NCBI GenBank assembly: GCA_964035575.1
Contig: OZ037845.1
Location: 310,001 to 374,000, forward strand
From: Rhynchopus sp. YZ270_cl-10
Lineage: Eukaryota
DNA length: 64,000 bases
Direction of reading: 5' to 3'
Shown here: positions 35,393 to 47,459 of the stretch, piece by piece
Layout of the letters: every line of letters starts with the position of its first letter
How positions within the stretch are numbered: the stretch's first letter is position 1
Position numbers and translations under genes: made by a program
The notes under the pieces: model-generated
What the model saw: the letters and a program-made list of their open reading frames with translations, nothing else
The model's database searches: none
What the model was told of the DNA's origin: nothing

Positions 35393-36518
35393 TCATGCGG
35401 ACTTGGTGGGGCGTCCCTTACGGCCCATCATCATACCACCCCACGACTTGCGCATCTCGTCGTACTGTCCGTTGAATCCAGAGGTCACGGCGTCCTGGAG
35501 CTTCGAGAAGGTGGAGGAGTGCTCTCCCTTCACGCTGGTGAAGCACACACAGGTGCAGGTCTTCATGCCGACGAACTTGCCGAGGGCGGCCTTGCCCTTG
35601 ACAATGCAGTACGGGATGTTCTGTGCCTTGCACAGGGAGGGAAGCCAGACAACAATCTCGATGGGGTCAACGTCGTGGGCGATGACAACCATCTTGGCCT
35701 GCTTCTCCTCGATCATGCGGGTCACCTGCTGGATTCCGTACTTCAGGCAGGGTGCCTTCTTGGCGAGGTTCGCCTTCTTCTCCTCCTTCTTGGCCTTGGC
35801 CTCGGACAGACGGCGCTCGGCGGCCTGCTTCTTGGTCTCAGGGGTGTACTTCTCCATCAGCTTGAACAGCTCGTTCTTGGTCTGCTTGTCGAGAGTCAGA
35901 CGGAACTGGTTCAGGGCAGACGGCACCTGTTATGTGTCATGTGTTGTAAATGTGTTGTGTAAATGGTACGCACGACGCTGTTCATGTCTATCCTCAAGGC
36001 AAGGCAACCTCAGTTCTTCGCAGATGCATCGTTCGAGACGACTGCTGGAAGAGGGTAATCATGACGTATGTCACTGCCTCGGCTGCACAGGCTGCGTGCT
36101 GTGCGTGGCATGCAGGCAGCACACCCACACAACACACACCTGGCAGAACGGGATCATCACAGAGCCCCCGACCTCTCTGCTACCCCCACACGTGGATCAT
36201 CATAGCACACACATTGCTACTCCCCAGTGTTTGGGATAATCACAACCACAGAACAACAGAACAACAGAGACAGCAGCACACTGCAGTCTTCGTTCATGCG
36301 GTGCTACCCAAAAAAAATAATACCTTAAGACGGCGCTCAAGCACACGCTTCTGCCTCTGGCGGGTGATGTACTTGGGCCAGCGCACGAAACGGCTCACAT
36401 CACGCTTCGGGGGAAGGTCGTTTCCGACGGAGAAGTTCTTCGGGCGCGACACGAGCAGGGGGTTCTTGTCCGACTCCTGCTTGGTCTGCTTCTTCACGGC
36501 GGTCTTGGCCTTCGGCAT
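35393..36518 (-). CDS. RPL7A: 60S ribosomal protein L7a (eL8); exons 36518-36324 and 35926-35393
   Basis: Exon 1 MPKAK...[46 protein letters not shown] intron 36323-35927 (397 nt). Exon 2 VPSALNQF...[11 protein letters not shown]...WGGMMMG. Confidence 0.96.
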
Positions 36519-38842
36519 TTTACTGTTCTTTTGATTAGTCCTGAATATTATGTGTGTGTGTGTGTTTTTGGGATAAATTAGAAACAAATTACCCTTTTTT
36601 TTTTCCTTTTCCTCAACCTTTGTTGTTCTTTTTGTTGTTGTCTGTTGAACACAAAAAAATGTGTCCCAAAAAAATCCCCCACAGAAAAAAAAACCATACA
36701 CTAACATAATGTTAAACATAACCAGAGAGAGCAAGAGAGAGAGAGCGATATCGCGACGGTGGTGAACAACACGACGCATAAGGTGGAAAGAGGGAGGGGG
36801 GAAGCATGTGCACGAATTTACATGAAAATTAGTTCGTGGAGATGCTCTGTTGTTTTTCCTTGCCTAACCCATAGCCAATACGATGTGGAAAATGGGCACA
36901 AAGAACTGCCCGTTTTTCGATGTGGTGCAGTTTTTATAAAAAAAAATTTTGAGGAAAATCTTGATCATGTCCAAAAAAAAATAACACACGATAAACTCGC
37001 TTCAGTGATGACGTCACAGAAGGTGTCATTGTGCTGCATGATATTGTTGCAAAAGAGAAAAGTTACGTAACCTTTGAAATGCTCAGAAAAAAGGGGGGGA
37101 AAAAAATGGAGTCAAAAGCTGGGTACTTTATTTTCAGGAAAAATACTGGGCTTTGTTTGTGCGCTTACAGACCTGGGTACAAAAAAAAATCTCTCTTTTT
37201 TGCGATCAATTTGTATTTGGGGAATATGGTTGCCACACACACGTCTCTCCGAGACACCTTTTCCTCAAGTCATTCACTTTGTCAAGCCTCCAACCGCTCC
37301 AACTGTAAGAGGTTCGGTTCCCCATGTGGAAGGGTGTAAGCGCTGCCCGTTGTCTTTTTCACTTTGACACATCAAGCTTTTTGGGGATGGAGAAGAACAA
37401 TGAAACTGGTGCATAAACATTTTTGCTTCAACCAGAACAAAGAAAAAAAAACAAAACAAAAACGAAACACCTGAGATATGAAAAAATAAATACGAAGATA
37501 GGTGGCGCAGGGAGAATGGAAGACATACTACTAAACGGGGAGTCCCTCAGGAACACAAACTGTGACACTGAGGGACTCCCCGTACTGTTTTATTTTTTGA
37601 AGCGGATTTTTCTTTTTCTTTTTTTTGTGTTGTTGGGAGCGGGAGCGGGGACGGGGGTGGGTATGAATGTGGGAATGGGAATAGGCAGAATGTACAGTGA
37701 TTGTCGTATCGACAGCCACTGCTGTTGTAAAAAAAAAATGAAAAAGAATTACTGCTTTGGCGCGCGCACTGTGTATTTCTTTTTTTTGAAAACTTGGTTA
37801 TATTAGTGTAGCCACCCGAGGATGAACTCCACTATAATATTTTTAAAAAAAAATCTTGTTGGAATAGTGCATCAGATCTATTGAGCTTTTTATCAAATCA
37901 AAAAGTTGGGAAAAGGGGGGAAAACGGATGTGTCATGATCATCATCATATCGTTCATGTTAAAAAAAAAATTGTTTTAAATGGTGTTCTTGACCCCACTA
38001 TTTCGTAGCGCCTTCGATGCTTTTTGGGGTAGAACCACGAACACCATAAAGATGAATATGCCTCTCAACACATCTAAGAAAAATAAAGGTTTATAAGATG
38101 ATCCTAAGCCTCTTGTGCTTGGTCACCTTGAAAAAAGAGAGAGAAGAACAATGCAATTTGGAAGCGCAAACGCCTCAAGGACCTCCACGGGTGATCGAAC
38201 CACGAGGGGGTACAAAAAAAGGGTTATAAGATGACCCTAAGCCTCTCAGCGATCAATACGCTTGGTTATCTTACACTCAGATCAGAATGTCTTCTGTTTT
38301 AACAGATGGACACCCATGCAAAAGGTAGTATGTATTCAAATGGTCGGGTATGAAGTAAAAATGTGACAAAACGAGACCACAGAGGGTGTATGACCTCGCT
38401 ATATCCTCTATAAAAAAACTGGTCAGATAAGTCTCGGGTACTTAAAAGTCACCTCATAACGTAGAATCTGACAGGATATGAAAACAAAGAAATTTTTTTT
38501 TTCGTTTACGTTTGTTCGAACAAAACTACTAAATAATGCAATAAAATGGGAACAAAAATGTGGGCATTATTATAGCCTTTACACCGTCTGTCAAAGAAGA
38601 CCTCACAAATATGCCACGTAGTGACGTACTTTTTAAAAAAAAGACGCACTTTGGGTCAGGGCTGAACCTTTTCCCCTCAAGGAAATCAAAGTCATAAACT
38701 CTTGTACATTTTTTATTCGTTCTCAAAGAGAGAAAGAAACAGGAATGTGACGTTTTAAAGTGAGAGAATTCAAGGTAGGTTTGTTGGAATTGACGATAAA
38801 AAAAAAGACAACGAAAAGTCCGGTGTGTTTGTGTTTTTTTTT

Positions 38843-40989
38843 AGGGGAAACGACAATGTGGACTCTAAAAATGTGGATTACGACAATGTGGATTAATAAT
38901 CCACATTGTCGCATAATCCACATTGTCGTAATCCACATTGTCGCAAAAAATAATCCACATTGTCGCATAATCCGGATTCTTGATTTTTTGCCTTCTTGGT
39001 ACCCAGGTACCCAGGTACCCAGGTACCAGGTCCAGGTCCAGGTACCCAGGAACAGGAAAAAAGTCGTGAAAGAGCAACCACAGCTCCACATGACAAACAC
39101 AAAAGTGTCCAGTCACGTGGGGCATTCATGCACTGAGGAGATAATGATCCAACAATTTACAAGAAAGATTACTTAACCTACTGCTGGAAATTGCCAGGTC
39201 GTAGTAACACACAAAGTGTGCCTCCGTTCGGGAAGACCGGATATTCTAGAGACCAAAAAGGCCTCAAGAATATCTTCCGGTAGTCAAGGTAGAACCGAGT
39301 GAACGGCCCAAGACCCCCGTGGAGAAGTTAAATGTTGTAATGCTATCAGGTAGAAACTGCGAACACTGTCTTACCCTCCTCAATGCATGGTGGTTGATGT
39401 CTTCCACAACAAATTTCCTGTACCCAGGTACCCAGGTTCCCAGACCCACGCAGTACCACGTCGCAGTACTACGCAAAATTTACCACCAGACCCTGTCTTC
39501 GTGCACCTGAAGTACAACGCCGCAGACAGGCCAAACATGCGTTGGACTCAGAGGAATGCCCGCTGTGCAGGTATCATGAGAACCAACTCCCAGCAACAAG
39601 GGGCGCCTTTTGGCGGGCGTTGTTGAGGGTGTTTGGGGTGCAAAGTTTTCCACAATTTTGATGCGCGGGTACAGAAGTGTTATCTTGTTCTTTCATCTCT
39701 AAGAAATGTAAATGTCAATCGCGTTTAACTACCACTAGGGCTTGTTCAGTGAACCCACGAGGGGTCGAAGGGGGTTGGTTATCCCGTATCTATCAAAGGT
39801 TGTGTCGACCAGGCTAAACCACTATGTTACGCTGTACGTTGTTTAATCCGAAGAAATAACACTTTAGCAGCCGCAGGAAGTTTGCTAAAAAGAGTGCCTC
39901 ACGCTACACAAACCACCACCCGCGATTGACTTAGATGTTATAACAAAGAGAATTCAGAACAAAACAACACCCTGCCCCATACACACTAAATTGTCATACT
40001 TCAAGAGCATGCCTGGGCCAAAATTACTATGACGAAAAGGCAACAAGACCACCCACAAGGAGTGTGAATTGTGCACTGGTTTTCTGGGGGAACAAACAAT
40101 ATTTTCTTGCGTCTAGTCCTCCGTAAGTAGAGGACAGACTTTCCGGAAGGTTTCCAAAGTCGAATTTCTTGCACTAGCTATGCTCCCTGGGTTAATGGCA
40201 ATAGCAGTGACTGCGACAGAGTGTTCCCACCCCCCTTTCTACCCATATGTTCGCTCGTTCTGCACTCTCGACGTTGCACTCATTGCGATACCTGTTTAAA
40301 AGTGAATTTGTGAGTGGTGGGGAAATTAAAGAAGGTGACTTCTTAAAAAAATAAGTTGGCGGGGTGTAAAATATTGTTCTGGAGACTCTTGGAGGAAATA
40401 CGAGTCGACGGCCTTATTTTGTTGAATATTCACCAGAAAGTTAAACATATTTACATACCTTGTCTTGCGCCTTCGCTGCTGTCAAGGTGCCTTCTCTGGG
40501 TACCCAGTAGGAGGCTCAAAACTGCTCAATTCTGGCTGGAATTGCAAAATTGGGCACTTTTAGGATGTGACCAAAAAAATTTTCGAGAGTCTAGTTATTA
40601 CAGAGGCTCACCTTAGAAGGCAAAAATAGTCAATAATCCGGATTACCGACAATAATCCGGATTATGTGACAAGGTGGATTACTGGTGTTTTGGTGGAAAA
40701 AACCCGCAAAAACGCGTTTTAGACCCCCAGAGAGGCTCAAAACTGCTCAATTCTGGCTTTAATTGCAAAATTGGGCACTTTTAGGATGCGACCAAAAAAA
40801 TTTTCGAGAGTCTAGTTATTACAGAGGCTCACCTTAGAAGGCAAAAAATCAAGAATCCGGATTATGCGACAATGTGGATTATTTTTTGCGACAATGTGGA
40901 TTACGACAATGTGGATTATGCGACAATGTGGATTATTAATCCACATTGTCGTAATCCACATTTTTAGAGTCCACATTGTCGTTTCCCCT
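38843..40989. mobile_element. Long-TIR non-autonomous element (Mutator-like)
   Basis: ~154-bp essentially perfect TIRs (38843-38996, 40836-40989) built from CGACAATGTGGATTA units; inserted in a T-run; internal ~115-bp duplication (40512/40733); no long ORF. Confidence 0.8.
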
Positions 40990-41244
40990 TTTTTTTAATA
41001 AATACCAGTGTTGTTGTTATGTTCTTGCTGCGTAAGAGAAAAGTTTAGTATGAACCTAAGCCTCTCCTGCTTAGTTATCTTGAAAAACGTACTACTAAAG
41101 TGTTGGCTCCAAGTCTCTCGGATGCCAGACTCAATAGTGGTTGCGTTTTGTTTATTTTCTCCGTAGTTCGAAACAGCTAAAAAAAAGGTGTGTTCTTGCC
41201 GTATTGCTTGAATACTGCGTTAAAAGTATTGGAAAGGATTTTGT

Positions 41245-41310
41245 TCGATAAATTGTTGGAGCAGTGTAGTTGCCTCGGTTGTGTTGCCACAGTTTGTGCA
41301 ATCTCCACTG
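41245..41310. repeat. Dispersed ~70-bp repeat present in both orientations
   Basis: GATAAATTGTTGGAGCAGTGTAGTTGCCTCGGTTGTGTTGCCACAGTTTGTGCAATCTCCACT at 4935, 41247 and 61903; inverted at ~27899-27963. Confidence 0.8.
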
Positions 41311-44300
41311 TCTTTTTGAAAAAGATGAGAAACAGAGCGTGGATATTGCGTGTCGCAAACTGCACTTCTAACAAAAGGTTTTTCTCTCCGAAAAGAGAAA
41401 AATACAAAATACAATGAAAGGTATTAATAAAACGTGAAGACGCTTCGTTAAAACACAAGACACGTAACAAAACGCGGTGTTTGTGGGTGTCCATATCATA
41501 TTGACTTTTTTCCTTTCCCGTCTTTATCACAATTTGTACTTTTTCTCAGGTTGCCGAGTGACGCTGTCATCTCGAGAAATTGTTCGTAGACAGAAGAAAA
41601 AAAAAATCAAAATGAACTACGTCTCGAAATCAAATGTTCTGGATTGAATTTCGCTTTTTGAATGTTATTTAGGTGCAAAGACAAAACACAATGAAGGGTT
41701 CATAAGCTATTAGCTCTACGCCCTTCCTCATGCTAAGTGCTGTAGTAGTCTCCTATTAAAAAATGCAAAACAAAGAAAAGCTTTTTTAAGATGAATCTAA
41801 GCTGTGCTTAGTCACCTTGTGGAAACAAAATACGGCGTTTTTTTTCTATAAAAAAATGGCCGGGAACAGTGTGAACCGCCTTTTTTACCCAGTTCCATTT
41901 TTTTTCCCCCCGCCTATAATATACAGAATGAATCCATCTGAGTTCTGAGTTTTCATAATAGTTTCATAAAAAGCAAATTGAAGAGAACCCCGCAATAAGG
42001 GGGGGGCTGTTGCAGATTGGGTGCAATGTGTTATAGGGAAGTAAGGTTCATGTAGTGGGGACAACGATAAGATGTTCTCCAAGCGTTTTGTGTTCAGCTT
42101 TAAAAAAAAATGAAGAAAAAAAAAATGCGGACAGTGTAGAGGGGGTGGGGTGGGGGGGGCGGCATTCTCTACCTGGCTTCTGAAGAAGCGTGTCTTCCCT
42201 TTGGGGCTAACCGCGAGGGCAATGGAGACTCGAGAAGTCATTAACAGGCAGCACATCTCACCCCTGGATGTAACAGCTCTCCCGTTCAATAAGCTGGCCT
42301 GATTCCAAAGAGAAGACCTGTCTCTCTGTACGCAATTGTACCCTTCGCGTAGAGATACGCCTAAAAGTGGGGGGGAAATGGTGCAAAAGAAAACACATGT
42401 GTTATAAAAATGAAAATGTAAGTTATTGATAAACCCTTCCGACCGACGTACGATGCCAGCCCCGGAAGGCACAATGAAAATGACAGGAAGAAGAAGAGAA
42501 CAACACCCGAAAATAGGGGACAATTTTTTTTTTACATCAAAGGAGTCTAACGACACTATTCCAACAAGAACAATAAAAGAGAAACGGTGGAGGTGCCTCT
42601 TCGTGAACACAAAACCTTTCAAAAACAAATTGGTAAGATGAACCTACTGAGTCACCAAGAAAATACCAAAAAAAAAATTCATAAAATGTGGATCGATGAA
42701 TGGTCCTGGGGGTGTGATACACATACACAACGTTGAAAAAAAAAAAAATAAGAAAATAAAAGTTTGTTGGTGAACCTAAGCCTCTCGTAGTTAGTCTGAT
42801 TAGATTACTTAATGTTTTGAACATTGGTTATTCATCAACTCTCGTAGTCACCTTAGTGAAAAAAAATAAAGGTTGACTTGAAATACAACAGCCCGCTCGT
42901 GTACAGTGTACCTTGGGTAATAAAGTGAAGTTTTTCGACAATGTGCTTGCTGGTATGATGTGACACTGGTAGAGCTACCTCCACTCAGTCCTGAGTGAAA
43001 CTGTCTGACTGAAGGCGAGACACGCTTCACAACAAGACAAAATGTCACAATTTTAAGCTAAAAAAAACACTGAAACTAAAGTGCAGAAGGCACGAAAGGA
43101 ATATCAAATCTGGAATACAAAAAAAAATCCTTCAAAACCAAAGGGCATAATGTTGGGAATACAAAAGAGGCATGACAACGGTATGGGTAATTCTTCTCTC
43201 CTTCGGGGAGGTAGTGGTGGCTGTATTGTGATAAAAAAAGTTGACTTGAAATACAAAGCCCTCTTGTGACAGTGTATCTTAAAAAAAGATCGGGTCTTTT
43301 GTTTGTGCGCTCAAAGCCTGAAAACAAAAAGGCGAAAAAAATGTGTTAAACTGAAGTACGGTTGCTGTGGATAATTGAGTACTCAAAGAAAACAAGCAAG
43401 CTTCTGTTTTTTTTTTCAATCCGTTTTGTTTGCCCTGCAGCGCTGCCTCCAATCTTTTTTAGAATTGGCAATACGTTGTTTTGTCAAAAAAAATGCTCAT
43501 CATATTGCCCATACTACAGCTATATTGTATTATGGGCAATTATCTCAATACAGCCACCACTAGAGGGGGGAAACTGTACTGTGTGAAGGGAAATTCACAA
43601 AGGCAGTCCCAATACTGTTTATTTACAGTACCTAATCTTGTTTGGATAAAATTAAAAGAAAACAAAAGAGTGAAAATAATGAAAAGGTAAAACCTAAGCT
43701 TCTCGGTGCTCGGTCACCTTTAACACATCAGACCAACACACACAAAGATATCAAAAGACACGCTTATCAGTGGAATATTTAGCAAAGACTCAGCGAGGGA
43801 AAAAAAGGAAGCAAAAAAAAGACCCTAAAAATTCGCAGCTCTGCCATCAGGTAAACTACACTAAGATTTTTATTTGTCTGAGGGGAAGGGAATCCAAACA
43901 AACGGGGGTCAAGGGGAGGAAGGAGGGAAAAGGGAAACGACAACAACAACAAAAAAACGAAAAGTTTCAAAAGATGACCCTAAGCCTCTCGTGCTTAGTC
44001 ACCGTGGCAAAAAAAAAAAAAAGAAAAAAAACCAAATAAAAAACCCCGTTGAAATCCGTGTAGGCCTCCTGGGCTCTCACACATCTTTCAGACCAAAAAA
44101 GAAAATGTTGATAAGATGAACCTGAGCCTCATGCGTGCTTAGTCGGGTCACCTTAAAAACCTTCAATAATGGTTACCAACCCACCCCCCACCCCAACTGA
44201 ACGAACGAAACCCATGCCCCAAAGTGACCTATTCCCAAGGACAGGGGGGCATCGGGGAAAGCTGATAAGATGATCCTAAGCATATGATTAGTCACCTTCT

Positions 44301-44980
44301 TTAAAATCAAATTTCGACTTGAAATACAAAGCCCTCTCGTGAGGCAGTATACCTAACAAAATTGACAACTGTAGGCAAATCAAAAGACAAATAATTAAAG
44401 ATGGATGTATCTTTTTGCTGTGTTTCAACAAAAAAAAAAAATGCTTTTGAAAGCCAAAAAAATTTTATGAAATGACCCTAAGACTAAGCTTAGTCACCGA
44501 AGTCCCTCACAAAAAAAAGCTTGGGGTCCTCTACTCTGCTCGCTTTGGGAGGGCAGGATCGTATCACTGATCAGCTGTTCCCAAAGGAGAAAAAAAAAAA
44601 TCCCCAAGAGTAAAACTCATACCCAAAAAAACGCGTCTCGTTTTCCCTTCTTTGACACAAAGATTAAGATATTATTTTCAAGTTGAAAGATGGGTGTTAT
44701 TGTCCATCAGACACAAAAAAGAACAACTAATGTTATGCAATCCATTTTGGGGGAAAACGGAGAAAAAAGGGGGATGAAGGGTGGCGGCGCGGTTTGTGTG
44801 GGGTGCAATATAAAAAAAAGAAAAAGAGAATGGTGTGGCCCGATTTCTGGTTTTGCGTGTCTCAAGAATGGCCCAAGAATGGCCCAAAAGTGGGTTAAAT
44901 CGAGGGGGGGTCCCTTTTTTAATTTGTTACCCGGTGTTTTTTTTGGGGTGGTTTTCACGCTAGGTCTGACCCGGAGTAGC

Positions 44981-45234
44981 TGTACTGTACTGTACTGTAC
45001 TGTACTGTACTGTACTGTACTGTACTGTACTGTACTGTACTGTACTGTACTGTACTGTACTGTACTGTACTGTACTGTACTGTACTGTACTGTACTGTAC
45101 TGTACTGTACTGTACTGTACTGTACTGTACTGTACTGTACTGTACTGTACTGTACTCCCAATCCCCTGTGTATACTGTGTATACTGTGTATACTGTGTAT
45201 ACTGTGTATACTGTGTATACTGTGTATACTGTGT
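44981..45234. repeat. Compound microsatellite (TGTAC)35 followed by (TGTGTATAC)~7
   Basis: Read directly; explains the spurious CTVLY/STVQY ORFs. Confidence 0.95.
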
Positions 45235-45239
45235 AAAGG

Positions 45240-46621
45240 CAGGGGTGTCGCTAATTTTGGGGAAATTTTTGAAAAATCTGAAATCGGGGTGCAAATTTTT
45301 TTTTTTACGTGGGGATTTTATTTTCCATCACCAGGGGGCGAAAAACAGTGTTTTGTGGCATTTCCGAGCCAATCCCAGGCTGTGGTGGGGGATATACGGA
45401 AAAATGGACAAATTTTTAGTGACTTAAATTTTCACAAAATATGAATCCATACTCTTAAACATGGGTCATTTTCAGGTCTGAAAACCCAAATTCAGATGAA
45501 ATTGTGGTGTTTTTGACATTACTGAGAACAGTAGGTAGCGCTGCAGGCGCACGGTACCCAACTTTTGTCTTTTTCTTTTTCCCTTTTCTCTGCGTTCTTT
45601 TGATTGTGCGAGCCGATTGCTCTCCACGGTGGGTCACATGTGTGCGCAAAAACACGCTACGGTACCTTTACTAAGGAAACCAGGGGTTAAGTTAGGGCGG
45701 GTTTCTGGGTTTTCAAAACCCGGTTTTCGGGTTTTCGGGTTTTTCAAAAAAAAAAAAAAAAAATGGAATCTGAAAAAAAAAAAAAAAAAATCCAAATTTT
45801 TGGGTGGTGTAGGCTGGGAAGGTGGGGTAGGGGTGGGCGGAGCCCCTCCCACCCCACCCTCTAAGGAAAAAAATCCTCCCGACCCAAACAAACCCCCCGT
45901 CAGAACTGGGAATTATTCATATGAAGAGGCAACAGGGATCTCTGGCGAACTTCGGGTTCAGTACTAGTGTTGCGAGAGTGCGGGTGAGGCAGGACGTGGG
46001 AACTGAGGTCGGTGAGGGGTACACCAGTCCTGTTCTTCAAATTTATGCTCCAAAATTGTTAGGACAAATCCAAAAACCCCCCAGGGTCCCCCACTTTTTG
46101 GTGGGATTTTTGAACTTTGCCCCAAAAATTGCGAAAAAAAAATTTCGCTCGCTACGCTCGCGGAGGTGCACCTTAAAAATTTTCCCGCTCGCTGCGCTCG
46201 CGGAGGGAATGGGTTATTTTTCGCAAAATCCAGAAAACCCGAAAAAACCCAGAAAACCCGACTCAGCGAGAAAAAAAAAAAGCTAACTTAACCCCTGAAG
46301 GAAACCCCGGTTTGCAAAAAAAAAGGGTAAGGCAGGGTAAGGTAAATCTGGAAATCCCACCCAAAAAAAAAATCTTCGCGGGGTGAGGGCGGCACCTGGG
46401 GATTTTCCCTGACCCCCAAAAACCTCGTTTTTGGAACGTTCTGACACAACCGAGTTCACGGTGGCCTCTCACTTAAAAAAAGAACAAGTTGTTAACACAT
46501 TAAACCCACCCTGTATTAGGTGCAAATTTTTTTTTTCCTACACAGATTTTACTAGGGGTGCAATTTTTTTTTTTGGTTTTGAAAAAGTCGGGACCCTGGA
46601 CCCGAATTAGCGACACCCCTG
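45240..46621. mobile_element. Non-autonomous hAT-like element
   Basis: TIR CAGGGGTGTCGCTAATT / AATTAGCGACACCCCTG, 8-bp TSD TGTAAAGG. Confidence 0.88.
45681..46297. mobile_element. Second hAT-like element nested within 45240-46621
   Basis: TIR CAGGGGTTAAGTTAG / CTAACTTAACCCCTG, 8-bp TSD AAGGAAAC. Confidence 0.88.
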
Positions 46622-47459
46622 TGTAAAGGGCAAAAAAATTAAAAAATACACCTAAAAAAATACGGCTCAAGAATGGCCCAAGAATGGCCCAAAAGTGGGT
46701 TAAATCGAGGGGCGGGCCACACCAGAGAAGGAAAACAATTGAATCGGCCGGATGGGCACAAAATTAAAACGCATCGTTTCACACAAATATAAAGAACACA
46801 GTATAAAAAAAATGCACGCTGGAAAGCCAAATATTTTTTCCCCGCCATTTTTCTCCAAATTATTTCTTGAGGAAGAAAACAGCATCATCGCAGAAAACAC
46901 AGATGACCATGAAATGGATATCTGATAATTTATTGCGGGGAAAAACAAAAAAAAAACAAAGGGGAACTTTTTCCAAAAAAAAATACCCCACTTTTTTACC
47001 ACCAAACGTGATAGTATCATTTTAAAATATCGTACGATTTTTTTTTTGTGGTGGGAAACAAAGAAAAGCCGAAATCAGCAAAACTTTCTAGTTTATCTTG
47101 TTTTTTTCCAAAGAAAAAACTTAAAAAAAAACAAGACCTGCTCCAAGAAAAAGAGGACTTCAGAAGATCATCCCACAGAAAAATACACAAATTAAACCAC
47201 ATAAAAAAAACAAAACACACACGCTATTCACCCATTTCTCTTTCTGCCCTCTAATTTCAATCCAATCTTACCCTAAGAAGGCAGGAAAAAAACCTATTGT
47301 ACGGGCAGAGATATGAAAGCACAATATAATAGGGGATATCCCCCCGCGCGTAACATTTTTTTGTCTCTTTTTCCTTTGATTTTTTTTTAAACTTGCACAC
47401 ACTCACTCACCCCCATCACCATGTCGTCCGAGGCAACCACCTCATCCCCTGAATCTCCC

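Larger units (their letters stand above)
44831..46724. mobile_element. TG...CA element with 5-bp TSD (outer layer of second nested stack)
   Basis: TIR TGGTGTGGCCCG / CGGGCCACACCA, TSD GAGAA, ~47-bp subterminal direct repeat CTCAAGAATGGCCC... at 44861 and 46666. Confidence 0.8.

Noticed and set aside
38850..38980. Short repeats that could resemble a CRISPR array (also 23300-23940 and 26590-26710)
   Set aside because: No unique spacers, no cas genes and a eukaryotic context; they are transposon subterminal iterons.
41885..42628. 247-aa minus-strand ORF
   Set aside because: Non-ATG start, low-complexity F/L-rich translation of T-tracts, no recognisable motif.
44690..45427. ORFs with CTVLY/STVQY repeats
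   Set aside because: Translations of the (TGTAC)n microsatellite.
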